A stretch of DNA of 60,000 nt, from contig MU053431.1 in the NCBI GenBank assembly GCA_013239625.1, positions 2,012,485 through 2,072,484 of the forward strand, in the 5' to 3' direction. The position numbers and the translations under genes were made by a program. Source of the DNA: Lama guanicoe (taxonomy: Eukaryota). Numbering within the stretch: position 1 is the stretch's first letter; the number at the start of each line of letters is the position of its first letter. Below the pieces are notes generated by a model. It saw only the letters and a program-made list of their open reading frames with translations, had not been told where the DNA came from and ran no database searches. Positions 37,426 to 49,443 of the stretch are shown piece by piece.

Positions 37426-38224
37426 TTGTGTGGAGGGCGATCTTAGGAAATCTAGTCAGGGTGTGGGGACGCAGGGAGGGGTGCAGCGGCAATCGGGGAG
37501 CCAGCACAGAACACTCTCCTCAGAGATATCCCCCGAGGGTGGGAGAGCCGCAGTGCTCACACCTCGACTTCTCCTGTTGGCTGCCGTGAGGCTGCTCCTG
37601 GCCCTCCCTGGCTCTGGAGAGGGGCCTCAAGCAGAGAGATACAGAAAAGGCAGGTGTGCATCAGCTGGAATGCATGCGGGGGCGGCCAGGGGAGGCGGGT
37701 GGAGCCAACTGCGCCTGCTCCACTTAGATTTAAACCAGCTGTGACATTTCACAGCATTTGTAGTTTTCAGAGCACTTTTATGTATATCAAAGTAGCCACT
37801 AAGAGAGCAAATGGGGCCTCATTTGTCCTTCAGTAAATGTGAGCTGAGCTCCCAGAAGGTGTGGGGTTGGTGGCCAGAGGCAGACCCAGGTCCCTGTCCT
37901 CAGGGGACTCTGGGTGTGTGACCTTTGTCCTAATGCATTGGGATTTTTCAGAAGCATGACTGCTCCCAGGCACTGACAGAGCCTGGGTTGAGGAGCAAAT
38001 GGTCAGTTATGGTTTTTACATTATCATGAATTCTCCAAGCAAGACTCCCCAAGCAGATATCCCCAAGAGCTGAGAGTGGAGCGTTCAGCCATAATGCCAG
38101 GTGGATAAAGCCCCCTCCCCTACACAAGTACACAGGCACAGTGCTCACACACACAGACACACACCACATACATGCACACGCAAGGTATGTGTATAAATGC
38201 ACACACTCATGCAGATGCACAGAG

Positions 38225-38440
38225 GAGGCAGCTGTGTGGTTAGATGGCTTAGGGATAGACAAAACTGGTCTGGTCCCAAACCTGCTCAAAGACACTCGGA
38301 CGTCCCCAGGTCTCAGTTTCCTCATCTGTGAAATGGGGGTGGTGTTTCTTGCCCAGCCTACGTCTCAAGAAGATGATGAAAAGTCAAATGAGATAACAGA
38401 CGGGAAGATCAGTTTGAGGGTGAAAGCTCTTTCTAGGCAT
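38225..38440 (+). mobile_element. MIR SINE
   Basis: MIR core tctcagtttcctcatctgtgaaatgggg at ~38311-38339 and downstream aaatgagataa. Confidence 0.85.
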
Positions 38441-38984
38441 AAGGACAAGTTACCATAGAAGGTTGCTAATATTGTCCCCTGACCTGTGAGCCAAGGAGAG
38501 TTGAGGGTGAAGCAGACCTCAACGCAGGAAGGGGCAGTCAGTCATGAAGTGACCCCCTGCTTGGGAACACGTGTGCGCGAGGCACCCTCTCCAGGACAAG
38601 GTAAGACCTCGACCCCCACCCCAGGCCAAGTCCTGGTCTCCATGGAGGTGCTGGAGGCTTAGACGCAGAGCTCAAGGGCAACTGGCTGGGGCCCAGTCAG
38701 GCTGAAAGCCACGGAAGAGGTAGGAGGACACAGGGGTCCCCTTCTCCCTATGTCCCCACCCGCCCTCTTCTCTCCTAACATCTTAAGTCAGTGCTAGAAA
38801 AAGCGTGCTAAAACCGAGTGCTCTCTTGCAGGAAGGTCGCATCTGCCACCCCCGGCTCAGCGCCTCCTGCTCAGGGAAACTTCCAGGCACCCCGTCCAGA
38901 CCAGCCGTCCACCATGCCCTCATCATTCAGCACATATCCTCTTCGTGGCTCTTACAACAGGTGTAGTCACACGTCCATTCACAC

Positions 38985-39095
38985 AATAATCTGTCTGTCC
39001 TACTGGACTCTGAGCTCCACGAGGGTGGGGGCTAAACCTGGGTTTTCCCCGCTTGAATCCCCCAAGTAGCCCAGAGCCAGGAACGGAGCACAACA
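38985..39095 (+). mobile_element. LINE-2 3' fragment
   Basis: tgtctgtcctactggactctgagctccacgagggtggggg resembles the L2 3' consensus. Confidence 0.6.
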
Positions 39096-39371
39096 GCACC
39101 CTGACCTTCAGCCTTTTAGTGACTTGCCTCCCATTTCATTAAGTGCAATGAAATGCCGCTGCACACATATTCCCATGGGAAGAAATAATTTGCAAAAAAT
39201 TCTGGAGTTCTTTGCAATGAAATCTACTGTCCACATGAGCACACCTGTGAGGATGGCTGTGCAGGTCATAGCCAGAGAGCTGAGTAACTGCAGGGTCAAG
39301 TCCCCGAGAGACCAGGGTCAGAGATGGCCAAGGGTCTGGTGGGTGGAGCGTGCGGCTTCCGAGTGGCACCA

Positions 39372-39392
39372 TTCAGCACCTCGGACAGCGCC
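39372..39392 (+). promoter_or_regulatory. Canonical RE1/NRSE (REST binding site)
   Basis: TTCAGCACCTCGGACAGCGCC matches every fixed position of TTCAGCACCNNGGACAGCGCC. Confidence 0.9.
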
Positions 39393-39799
39393 CGCCATCG
39401 CCGCCCCGGGGCCAGGTTTGCTCTGTTTTCTTGGGGCCTCAGGATTACGGATGATTGCACAAAGCCATGATGGACGTACCCTTTCTGGGGCCAAAGCGTC
39501 TGCTTTTCTCCTCAAAGCCTCCCCTGGCTCAGAACAGGACGGGGTTCAGGCGCTGGCTCACCACCAGCTCCTTTGCTGTGTGATTTCATCACACCCCTGG
39601 TCTCAGCTCCCACCAGCCTGGAAGGAGGGGCACCACGTCCCAGCTGAGGCCTCGCTGAGGGTCCTCGGGTGTGACCTGCTCTGTGTTATTGGTTTACCTT
39701 CCAGCATCTTCTCTCCTCCTTGGTCGAAACCTCTGCTTCTGCCTGTTTCTGCAGCCGAGATGCTGCCTGTTGACTGACTCCTGTCCCTCCAAACAGGTG

Positions 39800-39850
39800 T
39801 GGTGCTGGCACATGGTAGGACCTGATACGTAATTGTTGATTGAATGAAAA
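39800..39850 (+). mobile_element. LINE-2 extreme 3' end
   Basis: gtgctggcacatggtagg...ttgttgattgaatgaa. Confidence 0.6.
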
Positions 39851-40309
39851 GAGCGCGACTTCCTGATTTCCTTCCTGGAAACTCGATTGTGCAGATGCCA
39901 ACAGAATTCAATTTAAATGTGAAAAGAGAGTAAACAAACCTGTAAGTTGCCGGCTCTCCACGGAGTCAGCACGTCGTCGGCGCCGAGTGCAGGCGTCACT
40001 AGAAGGAAATGGCTTGTTTTTCCGGGTTCCCCTCACACAGGCTGGAGTAAAGAGCGGGGTGAGCAGGCTGAACAACTCGAGCCGTGTTTGCCTGTGGCTT
40101 GTGGGTGGCGTTCCCAGCCTTTTATGAACGGCTCATGATAGCGGTCATTCTCAAGTGGAGAAATGGCATCCTAGCCAAGGGGCCCCCGTGTTCTTAGAGA
40201 ACATGGGACATTCCCAAGTACCTGACCTCCCCGAGGGACCATGCAGCCTGCACACAGACAGGGAGCAGGGCAGGGGCTGGTCCTGCACCCGCTCACCTGA
40301 GCACCTGTG

Positions 40310-40480
40310 AGTTTCCTGTGGCCACAAACTGGGGGCTTAAAACAACACAAACATATTCTCTCACAGTCCTGGAGGCCACATGTCCAAAGTCAAAGTGTCT
40401 GTAGTGTCAGTTCCCTCTCGGGGTCCTGAGGGGGCCTGTGTTCCCTGCCTCTCTTGGCTCCTGGCAGCTCCTCTGTGCCA
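40310..40480 (-). mobile_element. MLT1 LTR fragment
   Basis: ccacaaactgggggcttaaaacaacacaaacatattctctcacagtcctggaggcca. Confidence 0.85.
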
Positions 40481-40897
40481 CTGAGGCCCCCAGTCCTTCG
40501 AGAGGAGTTGTGCGGTGGATGCCGGCAGGGCCAGGACCAGGGAGACCACCCGTCCAGGTGCCCCCGCCCTCCCACCTCCTGGTGCACATGTGCAGGCCTT
40601 GCATCTCCCAGTCCAGCGCCCAGAGTTTGGGGGTCATCCCAGACAGCCACAAGCAATCAGTCAAGCCACAGGGGCAGCGCGTGCATCCCCCCCTCACCTG
40701 ACCCCAGGCCGATGATGTGTCTGGAAACACCCAGGAGGCCCTTCCTGCAGCAGAGGGGTCGGGGCGGCGTCTTCCTTCACCAGCTGGCTCCCATCTCTGC
40801 CTATAAGTCCCCCTCCACCTTCTCCATAAATGGCTCCCTCTAAAAACACCGTCAACACGCTACAGACCCAACACACTCCCGCAGAACCGCTCCATGA

Positions 40898-41003
40898 TCG
40901 TCTGTAATTGCTGAGGATTAATTTGCTAATTGCAGCGAACCTGCATCCTTTTTGTTTTATATCAATTAGCAGAGTAATTAAAAGAAGCAATCTCTTTGAC
41001 AGC
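40898..41003. promoter_or_regulatory. Candidate conserved non-coding element, homeobox-motif cluster
   Basis: TAATTG, GGATTAATT, CTAATTG, CAATTA, TAATTA and TGACAG within ~105 bp. Confidence 0.5.
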
Positions 41004-42159
41004 TTCTCCCTGGCAGACTTGGCCCCGGAACTAATGAGGCCAGGCTGCCTTTCACGGCCTCCATGTGGCCCTGCCCTTCCGCATGGCCTCCTGCGAACAC
41101 CGTCCTCTGACACAGGAGTGCCCGAGATGAGGAGGCTCTGAGGCGGAGGGGCCAGCTCCGGGGTCCCATTGGGGTCTTCATGGAGCAGGGGACTCTCCAG
41201 CCCACCGACTTCCCTGTGGCTCCTGGATGCATGGGAGGAACAGATCCCTGAGACCAATGAAGAGCTGGAGCCCTGCACAGTCCCGCCCTGACCACCCAAC
41301 GCCCCAGGGCAGCCGAGATGCCCTACAGGGCCCACCTTCCGGCCGAGTGGACGTGATCTCTGCCCCTCCACGTGGTGCCCGTGAGGACGTCACGTCTGCA
41401 GAGGTGCCTCAGCAGGGCATCCGGTGAAGACATGAGGACCTCTGCCCTGGACAAAGGAGGGATGGCCATAGCGCGTGCAGGGAGCACGGCTGGGTGGGTG
41501 GCCTTCTAGGGAGGGGCTGCTGTGCCCACCCGGACCCTGGCCAGGCCTGGGAGGAGAGTCTGACGGTCCCGGGTGGGGCCGGGCCCAAGACAAGAGGGCT
41601 GAGGCCCGGCTGGGAAGCCACCCAGCTCAGGTGCCCTTAGCCAGGAGGGTCAGAATGGGGGGACGTCATGCTGGTCAAGGCTGGCTGGGCATCTGGGTGG
41701 GCCTCTGGGTGGGCCCGTGTCTGCCTCCACCACCAGAGTCCCCCCTCCCTTGGGCTACATGCACACGTGCACATGCACACACGTGCACACACATACACTC
41801 CACCTCTGCGCCAGGTCAGGTCGGGGTCGGGGGGACCTGCTATAGCTGGGCCTTTCCTCCTTGACCTCCGAGCTCCCTGACCGCAGCCCTCCGTCCAAAT
41901 GGGGGTCCTTTCTGGCAGGTCTGCAGCTAGAATCTCCATCTTTTCCAAAAATAATCAGAACGTGTCTTCTGCTTCTAGAATCTCGGTTTTCAGGTGTCAG
42001 AAGGGGGCGGAGATGGATGCTCCGTGAGGACAGTGTCCTCTGCTCTGTGCCGGGCTTGGCTGCCCACCAGGGGCCCAGGGCCCCAGTTAAACCCAACTTT
42101 GAAGTCCATCCCTATGGCTTCTCCTTCACGGCCTCAGAGGAAGCTGGACCCAGGAGCTG

Positions 42160-42549
42160 TGCCCATTTCCTGGGGCTGCTGTAGAGAAACACCACCCCAG
42201 GCGGCTGCATTCTGATCTGGAGGCCAGAATCCAAAACCAGGGTGTGGGCAGGGCCTCCGGGGGCTCCAGCGGAGGTCCTTCCTGCTTCTCCCAGCTTCCC
42301 GGGGTTCCAGACATCGCTGGGGTGTGGCCTCCTGCCTCCTGTCCCTGCCTGCTTCTTCCCAGGCTTCTCCTCTGTGTTTCCCTCTGTCCCCTCGTTTCCT
42401 TATAAAGACCAGATTAAGGGCTCTGCCTAAAAGGGGATGGGCTCATCGGGAAGCTCTCATCACATCTGCAAAGATCCTGTTTCCAAATAAGGTCCCATCC
42501 GAGGCTCTGGGTGGACATGAGCGCGTGGAGGGCGCTGTTCACCACCGCA
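42160..42549 (-). mobile_element. MLT1 (MLT1B/C-like) solo LTR
   Basis: tctggaggccagaatccaaaaccagggtg; catcacatctgcaaagatcctgtttccaaataaggtc. Confidence 0.85.
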
Positions 42550-42640
42550 GGTGCTGCCCTGCTTGGCCGGCGCCCCCTTCTCTGGCCCCGCTGCCTCCTC
42601 CAGCCTGGGGGCCCTCACCTCCAGACTGGCTGCCCTGCCA

Positions 42641-42785
42641 CAGTTCAATTTAAATTTTAGAAAAACAACTAATTCCTGGTACAATGTACCCAAATACTGC
42701 GTGGGACGTCCTCACACCCCCGCCCTCTGTTGTTGCTCTGAGATTCCCACTTGACCAGGTGTCCCGGATTTTACGGGCTGCCCTA
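42641..42785. mobile_element. MER53 palindromic hAT-type MITE (partial)
   Basis: cagttcaatttaaattttagaaaaacaac...cccaaatactgcgtgggac...gttgttgctctgagattc...attttacgggctgcccta follows the recalled MER53 consensus collinearly. Confidence 0.75.
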
Positions 42786-43931
42786 ATCTGAGCCGGTGTC
42801 CTCATTCACCAGCGGCAGCAGCACCTTCGCCCAGAAACACGGAGGTGAAAACAGGACACTTGTTCTGACGGCGCCCGCTCCCTCCTAATCCCACACTTAC
42901 TTGCGGTGGTGGCTGTCCCCAGCCCAAGGTCCTGTCACGGACACTGTGACTGGGCGCACGGAGCTCCACCCATGTGCTCTGTACGGGATGAACCGCGGAC
43001 CCGCTCGTGGGGAGTCGGGCAGGCGGGCCAACCTCTCCCGGGGGTGTAAATCTCTCTCGGCCAGAAGGAAGGCAAATCTCATGGGGACACCTGGGCCTCA
43101 GTGATGACCGTTCATGTCCACAGCCAGGCACGGACGCTGTCTCAGGAGCAGGGCAATGAGCATATGGTGGGTGGACGTGGCCTGGATTCTCATGCTGTGG
43201 ACAGACAGCTGGATGGATCTCAGACACTTTCTTATCCCCACCAGCCAAATGCCCCTCTGTCTGCAGCCCCAGCCGGCCCCTCCTGGCCACCGTTCCTCCC
43301 CATCCTCGAGGACAGGAAGGACAGGAGTTCCACCCAAGGTGAGCCCACCTCTGGAACAGGGGTCCCCTTGGTCCTCTTCCCTGGGCCCCGTCCTTGCCCA
43401 ATGCACCTCCTTGGTTTTGGAGTGCTCCCAGTAGGCTCAGACTCTGCCCAGCGACACCCACTGCTGGCCGCACACCCTTTGCTCCAGTACGGCGCACTCT
43501 CAGGGGTGCCACCTGTCCCCTTGCTGGCCCTGCTTTGAGGATGGTCCTCAGCAGGACAGGACAGGGTGAATCTGAGCTCCCAGGAGGAGAGATGACCCCG
43601 TTCCACACCTCACAGTCCTGCAAGTCAAACAGTGTGAAGGCCCCAGGTCTCCCCTCAGGCCAGGAGCCCCCAGAAGGAAGCCCTTTGAGGGAGGGCACCT
43701 TGGTCTCAGTGGTCAGTGTGTACCAATTGCTGAGAGAAGAGGTGGACGTTCGGGGGACATGGCCTGGAAAGCCAGCAGTTAGCACTGCCCCCACCTCCAC
43801 CACCCAGACAGGCCCAGCCTCATTTCTAAGATGTGAAAAATGGTGTTTCCTCCCCCACAGAAGGGGAAGGGATGGATGACCACTTGTGCCAGTGACCCCG
43901 GTGTGTGTGGGGGGGTGTTCAGATGTGCACA

Positions 43932-44027
43932 CCCTCACCTCCATATTTACAACCTTCATCTCCATCTTCACAAGCCCTCATCTCCATATTCATGAACCAC
44001 CTCCATGCTGTCACATCCTCATCTCCC
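43932..44027. repeat. Degenerate ~21-bp minisatellite (4-5 units)
   Basis: ccctcacctccatatttacaa / ccttcatctccatcttcacaag / ccctcatctccatattcatgaa. Confidence 0.65.
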
Positions 44028-45099
44028 AGTTCAGAGCCAGAGCCCCCTTTACCTGCCCGCAGAACTGCTGGGGGGCCCCGGCCGCTCCCACACAACCAAA
44101 TGCACCAAATGCCGGGGCCAGGAGGGGTGGGGAGGGCAGGCAGGCGGCATCATCAGCAACAAGTCCTGGGGGACCCGGGGGCCCTCCTGGAAGGAGAGGC
44201 CCACACAGCTCCGTGGGGGAGGGGCGGGGGCGCGGCAGGCCGGACCAGCATCTGGCGACGTGAAGGCAGGAGACACAAACCCACAAATCGAGGAGACGGG
44301 AGAGAAAAGGGGAGCAGCTGCTGCGTGTGGGGGCCGCGGGGGCGCTGCGTGGTGAGCCGCCAGGTCGACCAGGCTGGGTGAGACGACGGTCGCTGCCCCT
44401 AAGTGGCGGCGTCTGGAGGCGCCTACGCTCAACTGCTTTGCCGGCATCCAGTCTTCGCTGCCCTCCCAAGGGCCCCGGCCTAGGGGTGGAGGCCGGGCGG
44501 TGTCTGCAGGAGCGCCGAGCCCCAGGCCCTGTGGCCTTGCCCCGTCCCCACGGGTCCCCCACCCTCCTCGGTGGAGCCTGGGCTTCTTGTTCAAAAGCGT
44601 GGATCTCGAGTCTGTGAACAGAATCACTTTCCATATGCCGTTCTGTGACTTCGCCATTCGCTGCGCTGGCAGCCTGGGGGGTGGACTCCGTGAGGGCAGG
44701 GCTCTCGGCTGGACCCACGGTCCCCCCAGCCCACTGCCCACCCCCCAGGCTGGGGCTCTTGGGCGCGGTGACAGCCCCTCGTGCCCACACGGAGTGGACC
44801 TCTTGCTGGTTTGTGAGCGTCTGGTCCTCTGCTGGGTCAGGCGCCTGTTCAAGTGTTTCTCCTGTTCCTCCAGGACCTGTCTCCTTGCCGACCTGAAGTT
44901 CTCTCTGTTCCAGGTTTGAGTCCTTGGTTGGACCCTGAGCCAACTTTATAAGCAAGTGGCCTTTTGGGATGAAAGCACGTGGACCTGGGCCAGCCAAGGG
45001 CAGGACCAGGCACGAGGCATCAGCAGGAGTGGGGCACGCGGCCTCTCAGCGAACGCAGCTGGCAGCTTTGGGTCACCATGTCTTCGCTCTGCCGGGCCT

Positions 45100-46300
45100 T
45101 CTGATGCACAAAGTTGTTTGTCTTGGTGTAAATGACTTTGTGTGGGTAGCGCTTTCGGGACCTTGTTTCAGAGTTCTTGTTCCCCTGCCCTGAGGTCGTT
45201 AAGATGGTTTTCTGCAGCATCTCTAGATGTTTTATGATTTCGCTCTTTACATGGGTTTATCGCCCACCTAGAGCCATTTGTGTACAGACAGGTAACTTTG
45301 TCCCCACATGGATGCCAGTTTCAAAGAATCTAGCCTTCCTCCACAATCCGCCCCATCCGGGTCACACTCGAGTGTCGGGGGGCCACTTCTCTGCACTGTG
45401 TCCTTCTCCAAAGGGCCCCTGTCCATCCGGGCACCGGTTCCTCCCCCCGACCCCCACTAGAGCGAGCCCTTCCCGCCTCCTCCAGGTCTGGGCTTTTCTG
45501 CGCTTTCTTGTCTTTTCTGCGCAATTTCGAATCAGCTTGTAAAACCAGTGCCTCTCTCTCCCTCTTACGCACACAGACACACGCACACACCCCTGCCCCG
45601 TGGGATTCTTACCGGCACTGATTTGAATCTACAGGTAAATCTGGGGAGAACCGTCAGCTTTCTGATATTGCTCCTTCCAGCCCCCGTATCTGCCTGCATA
45701 GCTCAGCCCTCTTTAATTCCTCCGCTGAGATGGGTTAGCGTTTTCCACGAGCGAACTAGATTCAGCTGTCATATTTACTCCGGTATATTTTGTGTTTTGA
45801 TGTTCGGGTAAACCGTGTTCCGTGTGCTCGTTTCCTCCTGCTTGCTGTCAGTGTATACAAATGTGCTTGGTTTCCGTATACTGCCTCGAATCCAGAACTC
45901 TTGTGCATTCTCCTGTCAGTGCTAATAGCAGCCACAGGTCCTGGCGGGTCTCTGCAAACACCGTCTGCCCGCCACCTGCCCGGGGCGGCTCGTTTCTCCC
46001 GGACCCTCCAGTGCTTTCTGTCCTTTTCTATCCCCACGCCGGTGGGTCCTCAGTCCGTTGGACGCTGGTGCTGAGAGCTGCCCCCGCCTGGCTCCCGACA
46101 GCTTCGTGCAGCCCGGGGCACACCGGCCGCCCTTGGTCAGCAGAAGAGTCCTTTCTCTCCCAGGTTTGCTGTGAGGCTTTTTAAGTCTACATTTAATCTC
46201 AGCAAACCTTTTCTGCATCCGTGGGAGGAACAAAGTTTCCCTCGACACTGCCCCGTGGAGGGTCGCTGGGACACTCAGTCCACTCAGTCTTATCCAATGC
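45100..46300 (-). mobile_element. Ancient L1M ORF2-region fragment
   Basis: aatttcgaatcagcttgt, ttgaatctacaggtaaatctggggagaa and cagtgtatacaaatg are typical of antisense L1M ORF2. Confidence 0.75.
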
Positions 46301-48598
46301 CCCGATGGCCCTTGAGGTCCCTGCTGCTGTCCTGACCACACCTTAGGGCCCCAGGACATGGACACCTGGTGCAGCAGCCTGGCCACGGCCGAGCCCCCGC
46401 CTCGGGTCTCAGATCCCAGGAGAGGGATGAACGAGACACAGCTGCAGCCAAGCCCAGACACTGCCGCCAGCTGCCCGAGGCCGTTCCCCCTCCCCGTGGG
46501 GCCTGCGTGGTCAGCAGGGCGGGGCCGTGGGGAAGGGAGGCCCCACCCGGGCGCCCGGTCCGGACTGAGTGGCCTTCCCCCCCTCGGGCCCCTCCTCACC
46601 CGCCAGGCCCGCGGCCGTGTCTCTCACTGTCTGTGTTGAGACTTTGGGGTAGGGGGCGTTGACTACTGTCCCACCGCATGACATCATAATAGGCTGCTGT
46701 CCCGGCAAACAAAAGGCTTTCGGAGACGCGGAGCAGACACGTCCTATTTATGTCGTCATGACTAGACGGGAGTCGGGGGGGAACATCTGTATGCTGCCAG
46801 AAACAGTAACAGCCGTCCCCTCGTCTGTGCTGGGCTTAAATTACGCCCCGTGCTGCACAGAGAGGGGGTTTTTGTGTGTGTGCAGGTGGGTTAATCAAAA
46901 CCCATTGAAATGCAAAAGGAGGCCCCCCCACTCCTGCCTGGAGAGAGGGGGCTCCTGACCCAGGACAGGGACAAGGACAGAGTGCATGTCCCCTGAGCCT
47001 CTGGGTGAGTGCAGGTCAGGGGTCGGACAAGGCTCTGGAGCCCGATCCCCAAAGACCAAGGGAGGCAGCCACGTCATAAAAACAAGGATGTGTGGGAACC
47101 ACAGCCCAGCCCGGGGGCCCAGCCCGGGGGCCCAGTGTCTTCCCCACCCCCAACCCTACTTTGGAAGAAATAAACCCAAGAGCTGTTTTATTACCTAAAA
47201 CAGGTGTCCCAGGAGAGCTTTCCACCTGTCCTCAAACTGCATTTTCCATCATCATCAAGAGGCCGTTGGGGGAAGAAAAGTCTCGTCCCAGGTCCTGGCA
47301 GCAGGGACAGACCTGGGGGCCTCCCCCCAGCACCGTGAGGGGCGCGCGTGGGTGTGACGTCACGGGTGTTTAAGTCACTGTCTCTGGGGTGGCCCTGTAT
47401 CCTGCGGGTTGGGGCATCTCCTGTCCTGTCCCGTCAGCCACTGGAGAACAAGGCGGGCGCCGTGGACAGCACCTCCCCGGGTGGAGAGCGAAACAAAGCC
47501 GCCCCCGCCGACCCCAGCCCCTCTCGGGCAAGGGGACACAGCCCAGCTCCGCCCGCGGCTAGTCCGTCTGTGGGGCCATGGGGACCAGCACCTGCATGTG
47601 CGCCTGGCAGTCACGCCCGACTCCTTCTCTGTCAGAAACAGTATCAGACATTATTTTGCTCTCCCTTTGGTGAAGATGAACTGTTTGGGACCGGCCGTGT
47701 GGCCTCAGTGACACGTGTCTGGGCTCCGCGGGCCAGACAGAGGGCCCGTCTGCTCTCCCTCCCAGGAGGTCCACGGGCCGGCGGCCACTAGCCTGAGGCC
47801 GCTTGAGGGCAGAGAGGCTCACTGAGCATGTGCACGTGGGTGGGCGTGCCCCCAGACACATGCACGAGCCAACCAGCAAGTACACAGGTGCACACACGTG
47901 TGCACACATGTAGCACACACACAGCCCTGGGACATGACCCAGAGCCCCGTGCCAGACGACCTCGCTCCCCAGGGCATCTGCCCAGTGTGTGGGCCGCACG
48001 TGGTTTAGCACATGGTCCTCCTGGTTTCGCCTGGCCTCCCGTGGACCCCAACTCAGAATGTGAGTCGGAAACGAGGGGCTCGCCCACCTCACAGACTTGT
48101 ACCTCCTGAACACAGGCCGTCCCCAGAGCCTGGCCCCTTCCATCTGCATGCCCAGGCCTCTGGCCCCTTTAGCCAGACTCCCCGACACACCACGCCTCAT
48201 GTGTCACTGAGGTCACACAGCAGGTCCCACACACTCGCCTCTCCAGAGCTCGGAGCCCCTTCCCCCCTGAGTCCGCATGCTCCCTGCTTCCTGTCCCTAC
48301 CCGGGGCGCAGCCCTCTCCAGCCGGAGGGGTCGGACAGTCCCCAGAGCTGCAGATGCCTGCGCCAGCCACCCTCGGCCTCATGTCCAGCCGGCCCGGAGC
48401 CAGGTGGAAAGGCCTGAGAGTCTGGCTCTCATCCCCCGGCCACCCCTGGGACTCTGCATCTCCTGGCGGGAACCCTCTCACCCCAAGCCCACCGAGACTT
48501 TGCCGAAGGGTGACCAGGGCCTGGCGCGGAGGGGCTGCTCAGAAGCCAGGAAGGTGGTGCGCAGGACGAGCTCGGGTCTGCGATTTCCACTCCAGGGA

Positions 48599-49443
48599 GG
48601 TGCCACGGCCCAGCCTCGCAGGACCCAGAGAGCCTGGCCCAGACGGCCCAGAGGCCCGGTGCACAGCGGGGTCATGGGCTGCGGCCGTCTCCAGCATGAA
48701 CGCACCTGGGTGGGCTCGGCCCCAGGGCCCGGTGCACGTGCTCCGCTGCCTTGTTTTCTTCAGCCCCAAAGGGGAGGACGCGCTGGCCACTCTCCGCCTT
48801 GTGGTTGCCCTGCAAGGCCGGCCCCAGCACCCACGGCAGAGGCCACTGTGCCACGTGGCAGCGCGTCAGGTGACCCCTCAGCCGGCCCTGCCCGCATCTC
48901 TGGTCCCGGGGCTGAGGCACAGGGGGTCGGGGGACTCTAGGGACGCGGCCCCGTTCTCGGGGATTTCAGGGGCTGCACCATCATAGCTGACCTGGTGTCA
49001 CCAGCCCCCTCACGTCCCCCAGAGGACATTCCTCGGACACTGGACAGACACTGGCATTGATGCGTTGAAGTCAGAGAGGCCTGGTCAGGGTCCCAAGTGT
49101 GACCTCACCAGCCAGGCACCCGGACAGCAGTGACCCCTCTGAGCTTGGCCCTCCTCGCCTGTGGAGGGAGGCGGGCAGCCCCGGTTGGTGAGGGGACGTT
49201 AAGGTGACGTCCAGAAAGCTCACAGTCCAAGGATAGGCCTGGAGTGAGGCCACCAGACCCTGCAGCCAGTTGGGCTGGCTCCAGGCAAGGCTGCTCCTCT
49301 GAGAGGCGACGGCCGACCCAGGAAGGCAGCTTGGATTTGCAGCCCAGACAAGCTGCCCGCAGCCCGTGACCCCGCTGTGCACCAGGCCCCTGGGCCATCT
49401 GGGCCAGGCTCTCCACGGTCCAGCGAGGTTGGGGCGTGGCACC
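48599..49443. repeat. Inverted repeat pair: arms 48599-48684 and 49357-49443
   Basis: By hand alignment the reverse complement of arm 1 matches arm 2 at about 77/87 positions. Confidence 0.9.

Noticed and set aside
37005..37744. Cys/Val- and His/Thr-rich ORFs
   Set aside because: Translations of the (CA/TG)n repeat
42802..44997. 389-aa and 328-aa minus-strand ORFs
   Set aside because: No domain; the 389-aa ORF starts within a minisatellite; composition typical of non-coding GC-rich frames
48012..48986. 324-aa ORF overlapping the inverted-repeat arm (possible transposase)
   Set aside because: No DDE or DNA-binding motifs, and it extends outside the repeat-bounded unit
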